DNA of 27,571 nt, from IMG/VR virus record IMGVR_UViG_2617271072_000003, one strand, 5' to 3'. Shown one piece after another: positions 21,800-27,571 of the stretch. A model generated the notes under the pieces. It did not search any database and was not told the origin of the DNA. It worked only from the letters and a program-made list of their open reading frames with translations. A program made the position numbers and the translations under genes. Origin of the DNA: a virus (lineage: Duplodnaviria > Heunggongvirae > Uroviricota > Caudoviricetes). How positions within the stretch are numbered: the stretch's first letter is position 1; each line of letters begins with the position of its first letter.

Positions 21800-22368
21800 A
21801 AACGGGGGCTGAAGCCATCCGGGCACTGGCCACACAGCTCCCGGCGTTTCGTCAGAAACTGAGCGACGGCTGGTATCAGGTACGGATTGCCGGGCGGGAC
21901 GTCAGCACGTCCGGGTTAACGGCGCAGTTACATGAGACTCTGCCTGATGGCGCTGTGATTCATATTGTTCCCAGAGTCGCCGGGGCCAAGTCAGGTGGCG
22001 TATTCCAGATTGTCCTGGGGGCTGCCGCCATTGCCGGATCATTCTTTACCGCCGGAGCCACCCTTGCAGCATGGGGGGCAGCCATTGGGACCGGTGGTAT
22101 GACCGGCATCCTGTTTTCTCTCGGTGCCAGTATGGTGCTCGGTGGTGTGGCGCAGATGCTGGCACCGAAAGCCAGAACTCCCCGTACACAGACAACGGAT
22201 AACGGTAAGCAGAACACCTATTTCTCCTCACTGGATAACATGGTTGCCCAGGGCAATGTTCTGCCTGTTCTGTACGGGGAAATGCGCGTGGGGTCTCGCG
22301 TGGTTTCTCAGGAGATCAGCACGGCAGACGAAGGGGACGGTGGTCAGGTTGTGGTGATTGGTCGCTGA
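21697..22368 (+). CDS. I: tail tip assembly protein gpI
   Basis: 223-aa ORF; ubiquitin-like N-terminus and Gly-rich hydrophobic segment; lambda I-like. Confidence 0.95.
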   Translation: MAATHTLPLASPGMARICLYGDLQRFGRRIDLRVKTGAEAIRALATQLPAFRQKLSDGWYQVRIAGRDVSTSGLTAQLHETLPDGAVIHIVPRVAGAKSGGVFQIVLGAAAIAGSFFTAGATLAAWGAAIGTGGMTGILFSLGASMVLGGVAQMLAPKARTPRTQTTDNGKQNTYFSSLDNMVAQGNVLPVLYGEMRVGSRVVSQEISTADEGDGGQVVVIGR

Positions 22369-22428
22369 TGCAAAATGTTTTATGTGAAACCGCCTGCGGG
22401 CGGTTTTGTCATTTATGGAGCGTGAGGA

Positions 22429-25400
22429 ATGGGTAAAGGCAGCAGTAAGGGGCATACCCCGCGCGAAGCGAAGGACAACCTGAAGTCCACGCAGCTGCTG
22501 AGTGTGATCGATGCCATCAGCGAAGGGCCGGTTGAAGGTCCGGTGGATGGATTAAAAAGCGTGCTGCTGAACAGTACGCCGGTGCTGGACACTGAGGGGA
22601 ATACCAACATCTCCGGTGTCACGGTGGTGTTCCGTGCCGGTGAGCAGGAGCAGACACCGCCGGAGGGGTTTGAATCCTCCGGCTCCGAGACGGTGCTGGG
22701 TACGGAAGTGAAATATGACACGCCGATCACCCGCACCATTACGTCTGCAAACATCGACCGTCTGCGCTTTACCTTCGGTGTGCAGGCACTGGTGGAAACC
22801 ACCTCAAAGGGGGACCGGAATCCGTCGGAAGTCCGCCTGCTGGTTCAGATACAGCGTAACGGTGGCTGGGTGACGGAAAAAGACATCACCATTAAGGGCA
22901 AAACCACCTCGCAGTATCTGGCCTCGGTGGTGGTGGATAACCTGCCGCCGCGCCCGTTTAATATCCGGATGCGCAGGATGACGCCGGACAGCACCACAGA
23001 CCAGCTGCAGAACAAAACGCTCTGGTCGTCATACACCGAAATCATCGATGTGAAACAGTGCTACCCGAACACGGCACTGGTCGGCGTGCAGGTGGATTCG
23101 GAGCAGTTCGGCAGCCAGCAGGTGAGCCGTAATTATCATCTGCGCGGGCGCATTCTGCAGGTGCCGTCGAACTATAACCCGCAGACGCGGCAATACAGCG
23201 GTATCTGGGACGGAACGTTTAAGCCAGCATACAGCAACAACATGGCCTGGTGTATGTGGGATATGCTGACCCATCCGCGCTACGGCATGGGGAAACGTCT
23301 TGGTGCAGCGGATGTAGATAAATGGGCGCTGTATGTCATCGGCCAGTACTGCGACCAGTCGGTGCCGGACGGCTTTGGCGGCACGGAGCCGCGCATCACC
23401 TGTAATGCGTACCTGACCACACAGCGCAAGGCGTGGGATGTGCTCAGTGATTTCTGCTCGGCGATGCGCTGTATGCCGGTATGGAACGGGCAGACGCTGA
23501 TGTTCGTGCAGGACCGACCATCAGATAAGGTGTGGACCTATAACCGCAGTAATGTGGTGATGCCGGATGATGGTGCGCCGTTCCGCTACAGCTTCAGCGC
23601 CCTGAAGGACCGCCATAATGCCGTTGAGGTGAACTGGATTGACCCGAACAACGGCTGGGAGACGGCGACAGAGCTTGTTGAAGATACTCAGGCCATTGCC
23701 CGTTACGGTCGTAACGTCACGAAGATGGATGCCTTTGGCTGTACCAGCCGGGGGCAGGCGCACCGCGCCGGGCTGTGGCTGATTAAAACGGAACTGCTGG
23801 AAACGCAGACCGTGGACTTCAGCGTGGGTGCGGAAGGGCTTCGCCATGTACCGGGGGATGTCATTGAAATCTGCGATGATGACTATGCGGGTATCAGCAT
23901 CGGCGGGCGCGTGCTGGCGGTGAACAGCCAGACCCGGACGCTGACGCTCGACCGTGAAATCACGCTGCCATCCTCCGGTACCACGCTGATAAGCCTGGTT
24001 GACGGAAGTGGCAATCCGGTCAGCGTGGAGGTCCAGTCCGTCACCGACGGCGTGAAGGTAAAAGTGAGCCGTGTTCCTGACGGCGTTGCCGGATACAGCG
24101 TGTGGGGGCTGAAGCTGCCGACGCTGCGCCAGCGCCTGTTCCGCTGCGTGAGTATCCGTGAGAACGACGACGGCACGTATGCCATCACCGCCGTGCAGCA
24201 TGTACCCGAAAAAGAAGCCATCGTGGATAACGGGGCGCACTTTGACGGCGACCTGAGCGGCACGGTGAATGGCGTCACGCCGCCCGCGGTGCAGCACCTG
24301 ACTGCCGAAGTCACCGCAGACAGCGGGGAATATCAGGTGCTGGCGCGCTGGGACACGCCGAAGGTGGTGAAGGGGGTGAGCTTCCTGCTTCGCCTGACCG
24401 TGGCAGCGGACGATGGCAGTGAGCGGCTGGTCAGTACGGCCAGGACGACGGAAACCACATACCGCTTCACGCAACTGGCGCTGGGGAACTACAGGCTGAC
24501 TGTCCGGGCGGTAAATGCGTGGGGACAGCAGGGCGAACCGGCATCGGTATCGTTCCGGATTGCCGCACCGGCAGCGCCGTCTCGGATTGAGCTGACACCG
24601 GGCTATTTTCAGATAACCGCCACGCCGCATCTTGCGGTTTATGATCCGACGGTACAATTTGAGTTCTGGTTCTCGGAAACGCGGATTACCGATATCAGGC
24701 AGGTTGAAACCACAGCCCGCTACCTTGGCACGGGGCTGTACTGGATAGCCGCCAGTATCAATATCAAACCGGGCCATGATTATTACTTTTATATCCGCAG
24801 TGTGAACACCGTTGGCAAATCGGCATTCGTGGAGGCTGTCGGTCAGCCGAGTGATGATGCATCAGGCTATCTGGATTTTTTCAAAGGCGAGATAGGGAAA
24901 ACCCATCTGGCTCAGGAGCTGTGGACGCAGATTGATAACGGTCAGCTTGCGCCTGACCTGACTGAAATCAGGACGTCCATAACGGATGTCAGCAATGAAA
25001 TAACACAGACCGTCAATAAGAAACTGGAAGACCAGAGTGCAGCGATCCAGCAGATACAGAAGGTTCAGGTTGATACAAATAATAACCTGAACAGCATGTG
25101 GGCAGTGAAGCTGCAGCAGATGCAGGACGGACGCCTTTATATTGCGGGTATCGGTGCCGGTATTGAGAACACCCCTGACGGCATGCAGAGTCAGGTGCTG
25201 CTGGCAGCAGACAGGATTGCGATGATTAATCCTGCGAATGGCAACACAAAGCCGATGTTTGTTGGTCAGGGCGATCAGATATTCATGAATGAAGTGTTCC
25301 TGAAACGCCTGACGGCCCCCACCATTACCAGCGGCGGTAATCCTCCGGCATTTTCCCTGACATCAGACGGGAGACTGACGGCGAAAAATGCGGATATCAG

Positions 25401-25926
25401 TGGCAGTGTGAATGCGAACTCAGGAACGCTCAACAATGTCACGATTAACCAGAACTGTACGATTAAGGGCATGCTGGAGGCGACCCAGGTCAGAGGAGAT
25501 TTCGTTAAAGCTGTATCAAAAGCCTTCCCGAAAAAAGTCGGTACGTGGGGTAACACGGAAACACCAAACGGTACGGTTACAGTCACCATCAGCGATGATC
25601 ATAACTTTGACCGCCAGATTATTATTCCGCCCATTATTTTTAACGGTATAGCGTATGACGATCCGGGGAGCGGAAATAACCCAGGAGGCACGCGATACAC
25701 GGGTTATGGTTTTGAAGTTCGCAAAAACGGCGTATTAATCGCATCCAGAGAAACTAAAGGGGCCATTCCCGGTAGTTACAGTGCAGTTATTGATATGCCG
25801 AGTGGCAGGGGAAGCGTCACTCTGGAGTTTAAGATTTTCCAGAAAGGCAATCAGGGGGCAGGCAATATCACCGACTGTACGGTGATTGTGACCAAAAAAG
25901 CCGCTTCCGGCATCAGTATTCGTTGA
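22429..25926 (+). CDS. J: central tail fibre / host specificity protein gpJ
   Basis: 1165-aa ORF; N-terminal ~850 aa lambda J-like; the C-terminal ~300 aa differ from lambda J as I recall it. Confidence 0.95.
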   Translation: MGKGSSKGHTPREAKDNLKSTQLLSVIDAISEGPVEGPVDGLKSVLLNSTPVLDTEGNTNISGVTVVFRAGEQEQTPPEGFESSGSETVLGTEVKYDTPITRTITSANIDRLRFTFGVQALVETTSKGDRNPSEVRLLVQIQRNGGWVTEKDITIKGKTTSQYLASVVVDNLPPRPFNIRMRRMTPDSTTDQLQNKTLWSSYTEIIDVKQCYPNTALVGVQVDSEQFGSQQVSRNYHLRGRILQVPSNYNPQTRQYSGIWDGTFKPAYSNNMAWCMWDMLTHPRYGMGKRLGAADVDKWALYVIGQYCDQSVPDGFGGTEPRITCNAYLTTQRKAWDVLSDFCSAMRCMPVWNGQTLMFVQDRPSDKVWTYNRSNVVMPDDGAPFRYSFSALKDRHNAVEVNWIDPNNGWETATELVEDTQAIARYGRNVTKMDAFGCTSRGQAHRAGLWLIKTELLETQTVDFSVGAEGLRHVPGDVIEICDDDYAGISIGGRVLAVNSQTRTLTLDREITLPSSGTTLISLVDGSGNPVSVEVQSVTDGVKVKVSRVPDGVAGYSVWGLKLPTLRQRLFRCVSIRENDDGTYAITAVQHVPEKEAIVDNGAHFDGDLSGTVNGVTPPAVQHLTAEVTADSGEYQVLARWDTPKVVKGVSFLLRLTVAADDGSERLVSTARTTETTYRFTQLALGNYRLTVRAVNAWGQQGEPASVSFRIAAPAAPSRIELTPGYFQITATPHLAVYDPTVQFEFWFSETRITDIRQVETTARYLGTGLYWIAASINIKPGHDYYFYIRSVNTVGKSAFVEAVGQPSDDASGYLDFFKGEIGKTHLAQELWTQIDNGQLAPDLTEIRTSITDVSNEITQTVNKKLEDQSAAIQQIQKVQVDTNNNLNSMWAVKLQQMQDGRLYIAGIGAGIENTPDGMQSQVLLAADRIAMINPANGNTKPMFVGQGDQIFMNEVFLKRLTAPTITSGGNPPAFSLTSDGRLTAKNADISGSVNANSGTLNNVTINQNCTIKGMLEATQVRGDFVKAVSKAFPKKVGTWGNTETPNGTVTVTISDDHNFDRQIIIPPIIFNGIAYDDPGSGNNPGGTRYTGYGFEVRKNGVLIASRETKGAIPGSYSAVIDMPSGRGSVTLEFKIFQKGNQGAGNITDCTVIVTKKAASGISIR

Positions 25927-25948
25927 AATATTTATAACCCCAATAAAG

Positions 25949-25972
25949 GGCGTCAGGAATGACGCCTTTTTT
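25949..25972 (+). terminator. intrinsic terminator downstream of J
   Basis: ggcgtca (25949-25955) / loop ggaa / tgacgcc (25960-25966) followed by T6 (25967-25972). Confidence 0.6.
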
Positions 25973-25996
25973 ATTGCAGAAAAGCGAGAGGTAATT

Positions 25997-26596
25997 ATGC
26001 GTAAAGTTTGTGCAGCAATTTTGTCCGCAGCCATTTGTCTGGCCGTATCCGGTGCGCCTGCATGGGCGTCTGAACATCAGTCCACGCTGAGCGCGGGGTA
26101 TCTTCATGCCTCGACGAACGTCCCCGGCAGCGATGATCTGAACGGGATTAACGTGAAATACCGTTATGAGTTTACGGACACACTGGGGCTGGTGACGTCA
26201 TTCAGCTATGCAGGAGACAAGAATCGCCAGCTGACCCGTTACAGCGATACCCGCTGGCATGAAGATTCCGTTCGTAACCGCTGGTTCAGCGTAATGGCGG
26301 GGCCGTCTGTGCGCGTGAATGAATGGTTCAGCGCGTATGCGATGGCGGGTGTAGCTTACAGCCGTGTGTCGACTTTCTCCGGGGATTATCTTCGCGTAAC
26401 TGACAACAAGGGGAAAAAGCACGATGTGCTGACCGGAAGTGATGACGGTCGCCACAGCAACACGTCTCTGGCGTGGGGGGCTGGCGTGCAGTTTAACCCG
26501 ACCGAATCCGTGGCCATTGATATTGCTTATGAAGGCTCCGGCAGTGGTGACTGGCGCACTGACGGTTTCATCGTGGGTGTCGGTTATAAATTCTGA
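25997..26596 (+). CDS. lom: outer membrane protein Lom (Ail/Lom family beta-barrel)
   Basis: 199-aa ORF with signal peptide MRKVCAAILSAAICLAVSGAPAWA, C-terminal ...VGVGYKF; lambda Lom-like. Confidence 0.95.
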   Translation: MRKVCAAILSAAICLAVSGAPAWASEHQSTLSAGYLHASTNVPGSDDLNGINVKYRYEFTDTLGLVTSFSYAGDKNRQLTRYSDTRWHEDSVRNRWFSVMAGPSVRVNEWFSAYAMAGVAYSRVSTFSGDYLRVTDNKGKKHDVLTGSDDGRHSNTSLAWGAGVQFNPTESVAIDIAYEGSGSGDWRTDGFIVGVGYKF

Positions 26597-26622
26597 TTAG
26601 CCAGGTAACACAGTGTTATGAC

Positions 26623-26650
26623 AGCCCGCCGGTTCAGGCGGGCTTTTTTT
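26623..26650 (+). terminator. intrinsic terminator downstream of lom
   Basis: agcccgcc (26623-26630) / loop ggttca / ggcgggct (26637-26644) followed by T7 (26644-26650). Confidence 0.6.
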
Positions 26651-26661
26651 GTGGGGTGAAT

Positions 26662-27571
26662 ATGGCAGTAAAGATTTCAGGTGTACTGAAAGACGGCACA
26701 GGAAAACCGGTACAGAACTGCACAATCCAGCTGAAAGCAAAACGTAACAGCACCACGGTGGTGGTGAACACGCTGGCCTCAGAAAATCCGGATGAAGCCG
26801 GGCGTACAGCATGGACGTTGAGTACGGGCAGTACAGCGTTATTCTGTTGGTGGAGGGATTCCCGCCGTCACATGCCGGGACCATCACCGTGTATGAAGAT
26901 TCCCGACCCGGTACGCTGAATGATTTTCTCGGTGCCATGACGGAGGATGATGCCCGTCCTGAGGCACTGCGCCGTTTTGAACTGATGGTGGAAGAGGTGG
27001 CGCGTAACGCGTCCGCGGTGGCACAGAACACGGCAGCCGCGAAGAAGTCAGCCAGCGATGCCAGCACATCAGCCCGTGAGGCGGCAACCCATGCGACTGA
27101 TGCTGCAGGCTCAGCACGCGCAGCCAGCACGTCAGCCGGACAGGCCGCGTCGTCGGCTCAGTCAGCATCTTCCAGCGCAGGAACGGCATCAACAAAGGCC
27201 AGTGAAGCATCGAAAAGTGCTGCTGCTGCAGAGTCCTCAAAAAGCGCGGCAGCTACCAGTGCCGGTGCGGCGAAAACGTCAGAAACGAATGCGGCAGCGT
27301 CACAACAATCAGCAGCCACTTCTGCATCCGCCGCGACCACGAAGGCGTCAGAAGCAGCCACCTCAGCCCGGGATGCGGCGGCCTCAAAAGAGGCAGCGAA
27401 ATCATCAGAAACGAACGCATCATCAAGCGCCAGTAGTGCCGCTTCCTCGGCAACGGCGGCAGGCAATTCCGCGAAGGCGGCAAAGACGTCTGAGACAAAC
27501 GCCAGGTCTTCTGAAACGGCAGCGGGACAGAGCGCCTCGGCTGCGGCAGGCTCAAAAACAGCGGCTGCGTC
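26662..27571 (+). pseudogene. stf: side tail fibre Stf, N-terminal part (frame interrupted near 26805; runs off the window end)
   Basis: ATG 26662 MAVKISGVLKDGTGKPVQNCTIQLKAK...DEAGR, then frame lost and stop at 26917-26919; the Stf-like sequence (Ala/Ser-rich, KTSETNA repeats) is open in the other frame from about 26811 to 27571 (hand-translated). Confidence 0.8.

Noticed and set aside
26940-27571. Repetitive Ala/Ser-rich region with recurring KTSETNA-like units; possible tandem repeat or CRISPR-like array
   Set aside because: The repeats are imperfect, in frame, and encode the repetitive N-terminal shaft of the side tail fibre; there is no repeat-spacer periodicity. The overlapping minus-strand ORFs (26597..27555) are artefacts of the repetitive composition.

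Overview
This window is a lambdoid phage or prophage segment of enterobacterial (E. coli-like) type, all major genes on the + strand. Order: end of the nin region (rusA, ylcG-like) -> Q antiterminator -> ~3.2 kb accessory region -> phage-21-type lysis cassette (pinholin, SAR endolysin, Rz/Rz1) -> ~1.4 kb AT-rich stretch -> cos -> a lambda-like morphogenesis module (Nu1, A, W, B, C/Nu3, D, E, FI, FII, Z, U, V, G/G-T, H, M, L, K, I, J) -> lom -> start of stf. Product calls rest on recognising the translated ORFs against lambda and phage 21 proteins from memory; no search was run. The most interesting part is the accessory region between Q and the holin: an AT-rich, three-gene minus-strand cassette (1034..2664) that I cannot place in any known family, followed by a small ORF plus an orphan N6-adenine methyltransferase. 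The second theme is reading-frame disruption in otherwise lambda-like genes (Nu1, B, Z twice, H twice, stf), several of them at homopolymer runs, plus a 13-T tract inside the portal gene. That pattern could be sequencing error or real prophage decay and needs read-level checking. No tRNA, rRNA, CRISPR array or IS element was recognised.
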